From: Candidatus Adlerbacteria bacterium
GTDB taxonomy: Bacteria; Patescibacteriota; Minisyncoccia; Phycocordibacterales; SBAW01
Length of the DNA stretch: 64,000 bases
Direction of reading: 5' to 3'
NCBI GenBank assembly: GCA_903851045.1
Contig: CAINNF010000007.1
Span: 11,289-75,288, forward strand
Part shown: one piece after another, positions 55,343 through 63,830 of the stretch
Numbering within the stretch: position 1 is the stretch's first letter
Layout of the letters: the number at the start of each line of letters is the position of its first letter
Translations under genes and position numbers: made by a program
The notes under the pieces: model-generated
Seen by the model: the letters and a program-made list of their open reading frames with translations, nothing else
The model's database searches: none
Told to the model about the DNA's origin: nothing

Positions 55343-55906
55343 ATGTCAGCCTATCGAGCGAAGATCCTGCACTTCTTTCGTGCACGCAAGCGGATGCCGA
55401 ACATATCGGAGATCATGACGCTGTGCGGCTTTTCGTCGCGCTCATCTGCCTTCTACGTGGTCACCAAGTTGGTTAAGGAGGGTGTGGTCGCCAAGGACAA
55501 GGCGGGCAAGCTCATCCCCACGAGCGCACTCCACGCTGTGCGCAAGGTCGGCCGTGTACGCGCAGGCTTCGCATCGCCAGCAGAGGAAGAGTTGGCGGAC
55601 ACTATCACCGTGGGCGAGTATCTCATCCGCGACAAGCAGGCGAGCTTTCTCTTGGAGGTCGAGGGCGACTCGATGGTCGACGCGGGCATCCATGAGGGCG
55701 ACATGGTGATATTCGAGCGCGGCAGCGACTACCGGCCGGGCGACATCGTCATCGCGCTCACCGAAGATGGCTACACGATCAAATATCTGCGGAAGCAGCA
55801 CGGGAAGTACTTCCTCGAAGCGGCGAACCCGAAGTACCCCAACATCCACCCAAAGGAAGGCCAGATCGTCGGTGTGGTGACGGGTACCTTTCGCAAGTAC
55901 AAATGA
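55343..55906 (+). CDS. lexA: LexA repressor
   Basis: N-terminal wHTH and C-terminal S24 peptidase (GDSMVDAGI ... KYL). I moved the start to the ATG after the operator, since the annotated ATG at 55322 lies inside the box. Confidence 0.85.
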   Translation: MSAYRAKILHFFRARKRMPNISEIMTLCGFSSRSSAFYVVTKLVKEGVVAKDKAGKLIPTSALHAVRKVGRVRAGFASPAEEELADTITVGEYLIRDKQASFLLEVEGDSMVDAGIHEGDMVIFERGSDYRPGDIVIALTEDGYTIKYLRKQHGKYFLEAANPKYPNIHPKEGQIVGVVTGTFRKYK

Positions 55907-55907
55907 T

Positions 55908-57218
55908 ATGCAACCCTTCTCTATCCGCTCCTACCCGCGCGCGATACTCCACTTCGACGGCGACTCCTTCTTCGCCTCGGTCGAACAGGCGATGAACCAC
56001 CGACTTCGCGGCAAGCCAGTCGTCACTGGTGGCGAGCGCGGCGCGGCCACGGCGCTCAGTATCGAGGCCAAGCGGCTCGGACTCACGCGCGGGATGCCGA
56101 TGAAGCAGATACGGGAGTTGTGCCCAGAGGTCATTGTCGTGAAGTCCGACTACACGGCCTACTCGATCTACGCGCGGCGGATGTACGCGATAGTGCGCCG
56201 CTACACGCCGATGGTCGAGGAGTACAGTATCGACGAATGCTTCGCCGACATCACGGGGCTACGCGGGATGTATCACCGCTCATATGCGCAGATAGGGGAG
56301 ATGATCAAGCGGGAGTTGGAGGAGAGCCTCGGCATCACCTTTGGTGTCGGGCTGGCGCCAAACAAAGTGGTCGCCAAGATCGCGTCGAAACATCGTAAGC
56401 CCGGCGGCTTCACCGCGATACCGGCCAAAGAGGTTCACACCTTCCTGCAAAATATGCCTATTGGCCAGGTGTGGGGGGTCGGCTACTCGATGCAGATGGC
56501 GCTCCACAAGCTCGGCGTCACCACCGCGCTCCAGTTCGCGACCAAGGACGAACAGTGGCTGCGCGCCAACAAGATAGCCAAGCCCTACCGCGAGATCTGG
56601 TGGGAGCTGCGCGGCGGCTTCGCCAAGGAGCTCTCGCTGACCCACAACGACGACATCGGCTCCATCATCAAAACGCGCACCTTCGCGCCGCCCACCCGAG
56701 AGCGCGCGTTCGTGCTCTCGCAACTCTCCAAGAACATCGAGAGCGCCTGCGCCAAGGCACGCGGGCACCACATGCGCCCGCGCGCCGTGAGCTTCTTCCT
56801 CAAAACTCAAGACTTCATCTATCGTACCTGCGAACTCGACCTCTCGGTCGCGACGAACGACCCCGCCGTCATCCTGCGCCTCGTCGAAGCCCACTTTGAC
56901 CGCGTCTTTGTCCCCAACATCCTCTACCGCACCACCGGCATCACCTTGCGCAACCTCGTCGAAGAGGGAGCCGCCACCCTCGACCTCTTCGGCGAAGCGC
57001 AGGTCGTCAACGAGCGTCAACCGATCCTCACCGCCGTGGATTCCCTTAACAAAAAGTACGGCAAAGAGACGGTCATCCTAGCCGCCAGCCTCAAAGCCGT
57101 GAACCACCTCGAACCCAACAAACAAAGAAACATGACCACTCGCACCTCAAAAGTTCATCTTCCCCTTGAGCAAAGAAAGAAAACAATAGACCTACCATAC
57201 CTTGGGCGGGTGCGGTGA
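55908..57218 (+). CDS. dinB: Y-family DNA polymerase (DinB/Pol IV-like)
   Basis: ILHFDGDSFFASVEQ, SIDECFADITGL, and little-finger domain; 436 aa; immediately downstream of lexA (SOS operon). Confidence 0.85.
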   Translation: MQPFSIRSYPRAILHFDGDSFFASVEQAMNHRLRGKPVVTGGERGAATALSIEAKRLGLTRGMPMKQIRELCPEVIVVKSDYTAYSIYARRMYAIVRRYTPMVEEYSIDECFADITGLRGMYHRSYAQIGEMIKRELEESLGITFGVGLAPNKVVAKIASKHRKPGGFTAIPAKEVHTFLQNMPIGQVWGVGYSMQMALHKLGVTTALQFATKDEQWLRANKIAKPYREIWWELRGGFAKELSLTHNDDIGSIIKTRTFAPPTRERAFVLSQLSKNIESACAKARGHHMRPRAVSFFLKTQDFIYRTCELDLSVATNDPAVILRLVEAHFDRVFVPNILYRTTGITLRNLVEEGAATLDLFGEAQVVNERQPILTAVDSLNKKYGKETVILAASLKAVNHLEPNKQRNMTTRTSKVHLPLEQRKKTIDLPYLGRVR

Positions 57219-57405
57219 GTATTGACGAACAGGCTATTTTGTGCGACCATGTGGGTATGGCTCATAAAAGTCACAGTATGTATACGAGTCGCACCAGCGC
57301 CCAGAAGTGGGGGTGCCTTTCTGCTATCGCAGTGGATGGCACAGCGCTCGTATATAGCCGTGGCTTTTGTATGAATTCCTAATTTTTCAAAAGAGTTTCT
57401 TAGAG

Positions 57406-57440
57406 AACCCTCGGCTGGATACAGAGCCCGAGGGTTTTTG
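57406..57440 (+). terminator. Rho-independent terminator after the lexA-dinB operon
   Basis: ccctcgg...ccgaggg hairpin followed by tttttg. Confidence 0.65.
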
Positions 57441-57493
57441 TTTCAGCATATGTTCTTTCTACAAGTCACCAATCGACACAACAGGAGCCTACG

Positions 57494-58081
57494 ATGGACC
57501 CCGTCATGTTTCGCCGCGGCATGTCAGTGTATATTCGCCCGATTGAGCGGGCTGATATACCCTTGATGTTGCGCGGGATTAACAACCCGGATGTGACCGA
57601 ACACCTTGCGCGAGTCTTTCCTGCTTACGAAGCAGAAGAAGAGGATTTGGTGGCAGGCCTCCACAAGAACACCACGGGCTATATGTTCGCCATCGTACTT
57701 CTCGAGGATCACCGGGTCATCGGGGTCATCGGGCTGCATGGTATTAAATGGCCGAATCGTACCGCGACGACGGGGACCGCTATCTGGAGTACTGACGACC
57801 AGGGGCGGGGGTATGGTACCGAAGCGAAGATGTTGTTACTCGACTTCGCTTTCAACGCGCTCGACCTGCTTATGATCCAATCGCTTGTGCGTGCGTCAAA
57901 TGGTCGGAGCCTCCGCTATGCAGACAAGTGTGGCTACAAGGAGGTCGGGCGCATCCCGCAGTGGCTGCGATGCCAGGACGGCGACGGGCGAGATGACGAG
58001 GTGATACTCATCGTGAGTCAGGAGCGGTGGCGTCCGCTGTGGCTCGACTACAAGGCGAAACGCGACGCCAACAAGATGTAG
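57494..58081 (+). CDS. GNAT family N-acetyltransferase (RimJ/RimL-like)
   Basis: IGVIGLHGIKWPNRTATTGTAIWSTDDQGRGYGTEAKMLLLDFAFNAL core; 195 aa. Confidence 0.75.
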   Translation: MDPVMFRRGMSVYIRPIERADIPLMLRGINNPDVTEHLARVFPAYEAEEEDLVAGLHKNTTGYMFAIVLLEDHRVIGVIGLHGIKWPNRTATTGTAIWSTDDQGRGYGTEAKMLLLDFAFNALDLLMIQSLVRASNGRSLRYADKCGYKEVGRIPQWLRCQDGDGRDDEVILIVSQERWRPLWLDYKAKRDANKM

Positions 58082-58098
58082 GGTGACGCCTAAACATC

Positions 58099-58127
58099 AA
58101 AGCGCCGGAGGAATCCGGCGCTTTTAA
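58099..58127 (+). terminator. Hairpin terminator between the GNAT gene and the convergent SWIB gene
   Basis: aagcgccgga-ggaa-tccggcgctt followed by tt. Confidence 0.5.
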
Positions 58128-58149
58128 CTGTTCCTGTGAACGAATAGTC

Positions 58150-58407
58150 TTATGAAAGATGCTTCGAAACGAGCTTCGTCATCTCGAACATGTTCACGGT
58201 CGCTTTGCCGCCGAAGACCTTTTTGAGCGCCTCGTCTGCATTGATATTGCGCTTGTTCTTCGCGTCCTGGAGGTCATGCTTCTTGATGTATGCCCAAAGT
58301 TTCTTCACGACCTCAGAGCGAGGTAGGGGGCCCTTGCCGACGACCGCAGCGAGTTCTTCGCTGACGGCGAGCGGCTTCATGAACGCGGATGTTGCTTTTG
58401 TTGCCAT
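58150..58407 (-). CDS. SWIB/MDM2 domain protein
   Basis: LAVSEELAAVVGKGPLPRSEVVKKLWAYIKKHDLQDAKNKRNINADEALKKVFGGKATVNMFEMTKLVSKHL matches the bacterial stand-alone SWIB pattern. Confidence 0.75.
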   Translation of the reverse strand: MATKATSAFMKPLAVSEELAAVVGKGPLPRSEVVKKLWAYIKKHDLQDAKNKRNINADEALKKVFGGKATVNMFEMTKLVSKHLS

Positions 58408-58521
58408 ATTTTATTAGTTATTCTAAAAACCCACCCATCATAACATCCTGTGTCGCTTTGGCTAGTAGCCTGTCCACCCCACCCATGTTCCTGTGTGGTG
58501 GCGAGACAAAGCCCTCATGCG

Positions 58522-59235
58522 TTATCGCGGTGTCATCCACAAAAAGCTCGTGAAGTTCTCCGCCATATCTTGGAGCCCTTCGGCGAGGATGTCGAGACCG
58601 AACAGCTCCGCACAGACACGCGAGGCGATGACGGCGGTCGAGCGGGGGAGTTCGCCACGAGCGAGCGCTCCTGCGGCGGTCGCTTGGTCAACGAGGATAC
58701 CTTCGCCCGATGCCAATTGCTTGTTGTGATACTTGCGTGCGAGCGTACCTTGGGTCTGCGCGAGCGCCTGGGGGTGCGAAAGGATGGTGTCGATCTCGGT
58801 GATGGTGACGCCGGGCACGCCCAGGAGCGCATGGTTGATGATGATCTGGAAGTACGACTCGATCTTGCAGTTGAACTCCGACAACGCATGCACCGTCTCC
58901 CACACCAAGCCGCCGAGCGAGTTCTCGATAGCGGCGACACCAAAGTCCACTTCGCGCGCCTCCAGCGCCTTCAGTACGCGGTCGGAGGTATAGAGATACA
59001 CGATCTCGTAGTCGGTGATGGTATTGTCTTTGCAGTATGTCCGACAAGCCTCCTCGTTGAAGCTCCCTTTCCCGCCCTGTATGCCGATCCTTATTTTTTT
59101 CTGTATGTTGGTCACGTATTCTCTTGTATCACACAACACACCTGTTATCCACCGTCGTAAGTGATATGTTGGTGACCATAAGTTGTGCCGCTGAATGGTT
59201 GTGGTAGCTTGTCCGTGGAAGGAGTCCTTAGACAT
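58522..59235 (-). CDS. pheA: Prephenate dehydratase
   Basis: IRIGIQGGKGSFNEEA, ESYFQIIINHALLG, TILSHPQALAQ. The conserved domain begins near a GTG at 59115; the 40-aa N-terminal extension in the ORF track may not be translated. Confidence 0.8.
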   Translation of the reverse strand: MSKDSFHGQATTTIQRHNLWSPTYHLRRWITGVLCDTREYVTNIQKKIRIGIQGGKGSFNEEACRTYCKDNTITDYEIVYLYTSDRVLKALEAREVDFGVAAIENSLGGLVWETVHALSEFNCKIESYFQIIINHALLGVPGVTITEIDTILSHPQALAQTQGTLARKYHNKQLASGEGILVDQATAAGALARGELPRSTAVIASRVCAELFGLDILAEGLQDMAENFTSFLWMTPR

Positions 59236-59555
59236 GGTGCGAATACAAGAGATTGTCGAGAGTATCCCCGAAGACCCTCAAGAGGCGGATGATCCAGTGG
59301 TTTTCTTGGTTCAGCTGAGGGCGTGTGGGTTCGGGACCCAGCTGCCTGCATCGTTGGAAGAGGAGTATATAGGCCACTTCAAACTTCGACGGGCGTATCG
59401 TATCCTGCGCCGCATTGGCGAAGCGGGTGGTAGGGATTTCTATCTGCGTATCCAAATGAAGCCGCTTGCCTAAGTTAGGTTGGTGTGACAAGGCTCGATC
59501 CCTGCGGTCGGGCCTTTTTTAGACCCGTTCTTTTTGGAGCATGTCGGCGTCTCCT

Positions 59556-60029
59556 TCAACTCAATAATTTTTTGATAATCAACACCGCGACGAAGGTCTC
59601 CAGAAGGCTCAACGGCACGGCTGCCCACAAGGTAGCGAGAGGGAGTATGCCGAGATCACCGAGCGAGATCCACATGAGCGGGAAGGCGGCGAACCACGCG
59701 ACCAGCGTAGCCCGGCGTGCGTCGTATTTTTTTGAAATGAGGTAGACAAATGTTGCGAACGCAAGCGACCAAACACCCCACACTGCGCCGTTGATCGGTG
59801 CGTCGGGGAAGGTGAGTCCGAGCGCGCGGTAGTGCGCGACCCACAGAGACTTCACGAGCACCTCATTGCGAAAGAATTCTGAAAGGCTGATCCACCCGGT
59901 CGCAGCGATGATGGGGATGATGCTTTTGTACATATAGCCTATTGGCGGGCCGCTCACAGTCAGTACTCCCGACCCCAAGCACCATAAGGATATTTTAGCT
60001 TCTTTTTCGGCGGCTTGCTGAGGCCTCAA
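59556..60029 (-). CDS. Hypothetical polytopic membrane protein
   Basis: 157 aa with 4-5 hydrophobic helices. Confidence 0.45.
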   Translation of the reverse strand: MRPQQAAEKEAKISLWCLGSGVLTVSGPPIGYMYKSIIPIIAATGWISLSEFFRNEVLVKSLWVAHYRALGLTFPDAPINGAVWGVWSLAFATFVYLISKKYDARRATLVAWFAAFPLMWISLGDLGILPLATLWAAVPLSLLETFVAVLIIKKLLS

Positions 60030-60058
60030 CAGCAGGGGTCATTTTTTGAAAAGCGGAC

Positions 60059-60105
60059 AAATCGGACACTAGAATCGGACATCTAAGTGTCCGATTTTTG
60101 AAGTC
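60059..60105 (-). terminator. Inverted repeat aaatcggacac...gtgtccgattt (11-bp arms, 17-nt spacer with a third direct copy); likely a minus-strand terminator after the TIR-like gene, or an operator
   Basis: Perfect inverted repeat followed on the minus strand by a cttttcaaaaaa T-rich run. Confidence 0.45.
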
Positions 60106-60109
60106 CCTT

Positions 60110-61624
60110 CTAGGTTATGATTTGCGCCAGCCCCTCCGTGGCGACAAAGTCGAAGTCTTGCCGCCGTAGGTCCACGGCGAGCTCGCCATACTTCCGCACC
60201 AAATTGCCGAAGCGTTCCTGAAGGCGTTGCTTGAATTCATCCGGTCCCAAAACACCCAAAGCCTTCCCGACTTGCCCCGCAACTGTCCGGTTGCGAGTGC
60301 GCTGAAGGAACAGTGGGATGGTTTGCAGATAAATGCATGTCCACGGATTCCATCCAAAGTGCGGCCCCGGCGTCTTTGGTGGTAACTCGCCGCGTAGGAA
60401 AAGGAAAAGGTCGGCTGCCATAAAGTCCTCGAACGGCAGCACGGCGGCCAGGCCGCCGGTGGTATGGCGCGCTTTTAGGATATCCGCGCGGAGAGAGATC
60501 CTACCTTTTTTCTTGCTTTCATCGCCAAGCAACGGAAGGTGGCGCGAGGCGTAATCCCACGTTACCTCTCCGGCGCCTCCCCTCGCATTGCGCAGGTATG
60601 GCACCGGGATGGGCTCGTCGAGTATTCGAGCGAGCATGTCCCAGCGCTGTTCACGAATCATGAACGCCATGAGTGTGACGAATAGCTCGTGGCCGATGAA
60701 TCTGAAGTAATCATAATCACCCTCGCTTACAAGGCCGTTACGGAAGTCCTTCGACAATTCATAGTGTTCAAATATCTTTCCGAACCAGCGGTATGTATCG
60801 AGCGCGCAGTCGAGGTCGCCTATGACCGCAATGGTCTCGGCGATGCGCGAGAATCTGGCGACGGCTTCCTGCGTCTTTCCGATTGCGTCGACAAGCTCGT
60901 CCGCTGTTCCGCTGCTGCTGTGTTTCCTCGGCTGCAACGACACCAGTTCCTTCAGTATTTGGTCGAGATCGCGACGAAGCACGATGACTTTATTCGGACG
61001 TGCGTTCTCTATCGCTTCTACCGAAGGAATGGACGGCGCAGGATCTTCCGGGACTGCTTCAAGGGCAACGCGGAGGGCTTCCTCGAGCTGGTCTCTCAAC
61101 TTTTTTCTCTCCGCCGCGCGGTCTGTGACATTCGCCGGCATGTTGTATGGGAGTAAGCGGCGACCTCGTAGGTCGAAAGGCAAATCTGGGAAGTCGCCGA
61201 ATGCCGTATTAAAAACGGGAATGACTCGCTCATATCCGAGCGTCTTGACCGCATACCCAAGCTCAATGAGAACGTTCGGATTCGGCGTCGGGCGCTGCCC
61301 CTCGGCCTTAGTGGTGATGGTGACGTCAGCTACGAAAACGTTCGAGGCCGATATTTTGGCGAAAATCGTCGAGGCGATGTCAGGCGAACCAGGTACGTTT
61401 TGCGTATCGCGATCAAGGACCGGCTCGACGGCGACCGTATCGTCTGCGGCGATAGCGGCGACTGCTTCTTCGAGCGCTTTTTGGATGAACGAACGGTTGC
61501 CGCCGTTCGGCAGATCGGATTGCCATGAGTAGAAAACGATTCGTCGCATACGGATATAATGCGCCTCTAGATAGGATTTTGCAAAATCCAGGCTAAACGC
61601 GAAAAAAGGGGTATGCCTCAGCAT
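60110..61624 (-). CDS. TIR-like domain protein with about 330-aa C-terminal helical domain (candidate defense/NAD-processing protein)
   Basis: RRIVFYSWQSDLPNGGNRSFIQKALEEAVAAI ... LDRDTQNVPGSPDIASTIFAKISASNVFVADVT ... NVLIELGYAV ... RVIPVF follows the TIR fold pattern (betaA-alphaA, conserved Glu in the WxxE-type position). The start may be the internal Met at 61549. Confidence 0.5.
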   Translation of the reverse strand: MLRHTPFFAFSLDFAKSYLEAHYIRMRRIVFYSWQSDLPNGGNRSFIQKALEEAVAAIAADDTVAVEPVLDRDTQNVPGSPDIASTIFAKISASNVFVADVTITTKAEGQRPTPNPNVLIELGYAVKTLGYERVIPVFNTAFGDFPDLPFDLRGRRLLPYNMPANVTDRAAERKKLRDQLEEALRVALEAVPEDPAPSIPSVEAIENARPNKVIVLRRDLDQILKELVSLQPRKHSSSGTADELVDAIGKTQEAVARFSRIAETIAVIGDLDCALDTYRWFGKIFEHYELSKDFRNGLVSEGDYDYFRFIGHELFVTLMAFMIREQRWDMLARILDEPIPVPYLRNARGGAGEVTWDYASRHLPLLGDESKKKGRISLRADILKARHTTGGLAAVLPFEDFMAADLFLFLRGELPPKTPGPHFGWNPWTCIYLQTIPLFLQRTRNRTVAGQVGKALGVLGPDEFKQRLQERFGNLVRKYGELAVDLRRQDFDFVATEGLAQIIT

Positions 61625-61706
61625 ATCTCCGATACTTTTTTCTTCGGGCGGTATTTATTGTACAAAATTCGAACCTTTTTTGAAAGCAATCCCGACGAGG
61701 AAATCT

Positions 61707-61876
61707 GAAACAATGCGGACGAAGTTTTGCGGAAACAATTTTCTGGGGAAAGGATTCCGCAAAACTTCGGCTGATTCTTTTTTCCTGAATTTGGATGTCG
61801 CAAGCGGAGGAGGAGGGGTCTGGGGAGGAATCCTCCGCTTGCTCCTCTTTTTGTTTTGGCGAAATTCGGGCGGGCT
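61707..61876. repeat. Left copy of a long inverted repeat (about 170 bp, about 97% identical to the reverse complement of 63831-64000), with two internal perfect hairpins
   Basis: gaaacaatgcggacgaagttttgcggaaacaattttctggggaaaggattccgcaaaacttcggctgattc...gcaagcggaggaggaggggtctggggaggaatcctccgcttgc...ggcgaaattcgggcgggct. Hairpins are gaagttttgcggaa/ttccgcaaaacttc and gcaagcggagga/tcctccgcttgc. Confidence 0.85.
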
Positions 61877-61878
61877 AA

Positions 61879-62550
61879 CTATTTTAATACTCGATAAATT
61901 TCAGCAAGTAAAACATCAAGGTCGTTTGAAAAATCAACTTGATTGGAATTTGGCAAAACTTCTTTTTTTCTAATTTGTGTATGCAAATGCGAATCAGATA
62001 TTTTTCTTGACGAATTATCTAAATTTTTCATTGACTCCTTAAAACTTTTACTACCATGATTATTTGCAACTTCTGTAAAAGAAGTTTTGCCAAAGATTGG
62101 AGGAATATGGTCAGCAATAGCTCTAACGAGCATTGCTGTTGATAAAAAGTTTTCAAGCGAAAAAGCAGTATTTAATTCTTCGCAAAATCGGATAAGTTTT
62201 GTAATATCATAATTATCATTTTTAATTGTTTTCAGTTCCTTGATTCTATTTTGATTTACAAAGTTATAAGCTCCCGATTTTGCAATCTGCTTTTTCGGTT
62301 TTATGTTTTTGTAAAGCTCAATTACATATGAACGACGCTCGGCATAAGTACCCATTTTCTTCTTTTTCCAAAAACTATAAAACTCCCACAAATCAGAAAA
62401 ACTATTCGGATTTTTCTGATTTGTGTTTGAAAAAATATCATCAAGCTCACGAAATAACTTTTTATATTCGTCATTTGTGTCCTGAATTTTTGCTTGACCA
62501 GTAGCAACATCAGTCATTATTGATTTTATTTTTTCAATTAGTTCATTCAT
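61879..62550 (-). CDS. Hypothetical protein (223 aa, AT-rich cassette gene)
   Basis: Last gene of a four-gene minus-strand operon; its stop is 2 bp from the left inverted repeat. Confidence 0.45.
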   Translation of the reverse strand: MNELIEKIKSIMTDVATGQAKIQDTNDEYKKLFRELDDIFSNTNQKNPNSFSDLWEFYSFWKKKKMGTYAERRSYVIELYKNIKPKKQIAKSGAYNFVNQNRIKELKTIKNDNYDITKLIRFCEELNTAFSLENFLSTAMLVRAIADHIPPIFGKTSFTEVANNHGSKSFKESMKNLDNSSRKISDSHLHTQIRKKEVLPNSNQVDFSNDLDVLLAEIYRVLK

Positions 62551-62978
62551 AAATCTTCAAGGGGATAGACATCAAAAGCAACCTCCTCGTAAGGATGAAC
62601 ACTTTTAACCTTTTCTATTACCGAGCTTAAAATCTCTCGCGATAAAACAACCTCTATTCTTTCTTCTTCTACTGATTCATATTTCCCTGATTCACCAATA
62701 CTAGGGTTAGAGTTTTCGTTACCACGAAAACGACCTACTCCCCGAGTAGAAAAAGAACAAAAATCATAATTCCCAATTTTTCCTGCTCCTGCTTCACCAA
62801 GCACTTGGCGAACAATATCGCAGTGACTTAATGGAACAAACACAACAAGTTTTACATTCTTTGTATTCATAAATTTATTCCAAATCACTTTTTCCGATAT
62901 TACATACCGAGCAAAGTGTTTGAAGATTTTCCAAAACTGTTTCACCACCATTCGCCCATGCTTTAATGTGGTCAACAT
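62547..62978 (-). CDS. PII-like domain protein resembling the insert domain of NIF3/YqfO-family proteins
   Basis: KLVVFVPLSHCDIVRQVLGEAGAGKIGNYDFCSFSTRGVGRFRGNENSNPSIGESGKYESVEEERIEVV resembles the YqfO PII-like insert (KIVTFVP...AGAGQIGNY..CSF...G.GTF...ANPFIGE.G....VEE.R.E). Probable start at the internal Met at 62867. Confidence 0.4.
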   Translation of the reverse strand: MLTTLKHGRMVVKQFWKIFKHFARYVISEKVIWNKFMNTKNVKLVVFVPLSHCDIVRQVLGEAGAGKIGNYDFCSFSTRGVGRFRGNENSNPSIGESGKYESVEEERIEVVLSREILSSVIEKVKSVHPYEEVAFDVYPLEDL

Positions 62979-63543
62979 GAAGAATAATACTTGGGTCAGT
63001 TGCGGGCGCCCGTCCGCAATTTTTACATTTGAAATTATCTCGCCTCATAACAACAAAACGAATTCGCCAATTTATTGTTCTTGCTGTTTTATGTCTTGCA
63101 CTCGGCTCAACTTCTAAACTTTTAATAGCTTCCTCGGACGAGGCATTTTCTTCATTATTGATATAAGCGACAAACTTTTCCAAAGCATCACGCCAACCAC
63201 CAAAACGATTATCATATGTTCCTGCACTATATTTTGAAAGTGGTTTTTGTATTTCTTGGTAGCGTGGTTGTCGTCCAAGTTTTAGCCAGATTTCTTCAAT
63301 ATTCTTAAAAAGCTCCTCTTCAGAAATATTAAGAGGGCTTCTCGTGTTTTCTAAACCAGCCAATTCAAGCGCTTTGAACCAACCGCCAAAACGACGAGTT
63401 ATTGTGGTGGCGTGATAGGCTCCTCGCTCATTGTACTTATCAATCGTAGGGCTTTCTCCCAGATCAATAGCAACTCGCTTTATGTCAGCAATGAGCGTTT
63501 CATCAGGGGTATTACGATTGTAACTATCAAGCTCAAATTTCAT
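62875..63543 (-). CDS. HNH endonuclease with N-terminal tandem helical repeats (homing-endonuclease-like)
   Basis: C-terminal HNH motif RRDNFKCKNCGR...HVDHIKAWANGGETVLENLQTLCSVCN; two N-terminal repeats (GAYHATTITRRFGGWFKALELAG / SAGTYDNRFGGWRDALEKF). Confidence 0.75.
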   Translation of the reverse strand: MKFELDSYNRNTPDETLIADIKRVAIDLGESPTIDKYNERGAYHATTITRRFGGWFKALELAGLENTRSPLNISEEELFKNIEEIWLKLGRQPRYQEIQKPLSKYSAGTYDNRFGGWRDALEKFVAYINNEENASSEEAIKSLEVEPSARHKTARTINWRIRFVVMRRDNFKCKNCGRAPATDPSIILHVDHIKAWANGGETVLENLQTLCSVCNIGKSDLE

Positions 63544-63547
63544 AAAA

Positions 63548-63751
63548 TTATTTAATCAACTCCTCAATGTCTACACTGAGAGCCTTGGCGATTTTGCTCA
63601 CCACAAAAACCGAAGGTTTCTTGATGACACCTGTTTCGACCTTTGTAAGCGTTGTGTAGGGAACATCCGCTTTACGAGCAAAATCATCTTGGGATAGACC
63701 AAGTTTTTGTCGTAATTTCTTTATTTTTTGACCTAGTTGATTACTTTCCAT
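63548..63751 (-). CDS. XRE-family helix-turn-helix transcriptional regulator
   Basis: LGQKIKKLRQKLGLSQDDFARKADVPYTTLTKVETGVIKKPSVFVVSKIAKALSVDIEELI; 67 aa; first gene of the cassette operon. Confidence 0.75.
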   Translation of the reverse strand: MESNQLGQKIKKLRQKLGLSQDDFARKADVPYTTLTKVETGVIKKPSVFVVSKIAKALSVDIEELIK

Positions 63752-63792
63752 ATATTGATACCATAATATTGTTGCTTATTTCTACTTGCAGT

Positions 63793-63825
63793 ATTATAAT
63801 AACAAATATGAGAGTATTTTTCAAT
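63793..63825 (-). promoter_or_regulatory. Sigma70-like promoter for the XRE-HNH operon (minus strand TTGAAA - 17 nt - TATTAT)
   Basis: The reverse complement reads ttgaaaaatactctcatatttgttattataat immediately inside the right inverted repeat. Confidence 0.5.
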
Positions 63826-63830
63826 TTTTT

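Noticed and set aside
55442-57020. Minus-strand ORFs 55442..55849 and 56280..57020 and several plus-strand alternative-frame ORFs over lexA/dinB
   Set aside because: Antisense or out-of-frame to the well-supported lexA and dinB; high-GC frame artefacts.
59195-59473. 92-aa plus-strand ORF overlapping the annotated 5' end of the prephenate dehydratase ORF
   Set aside because: No motifs, and it overlaps the opposite-strand gene's possible N-terminal extension; coding status unresolved, so not listed as a feature.
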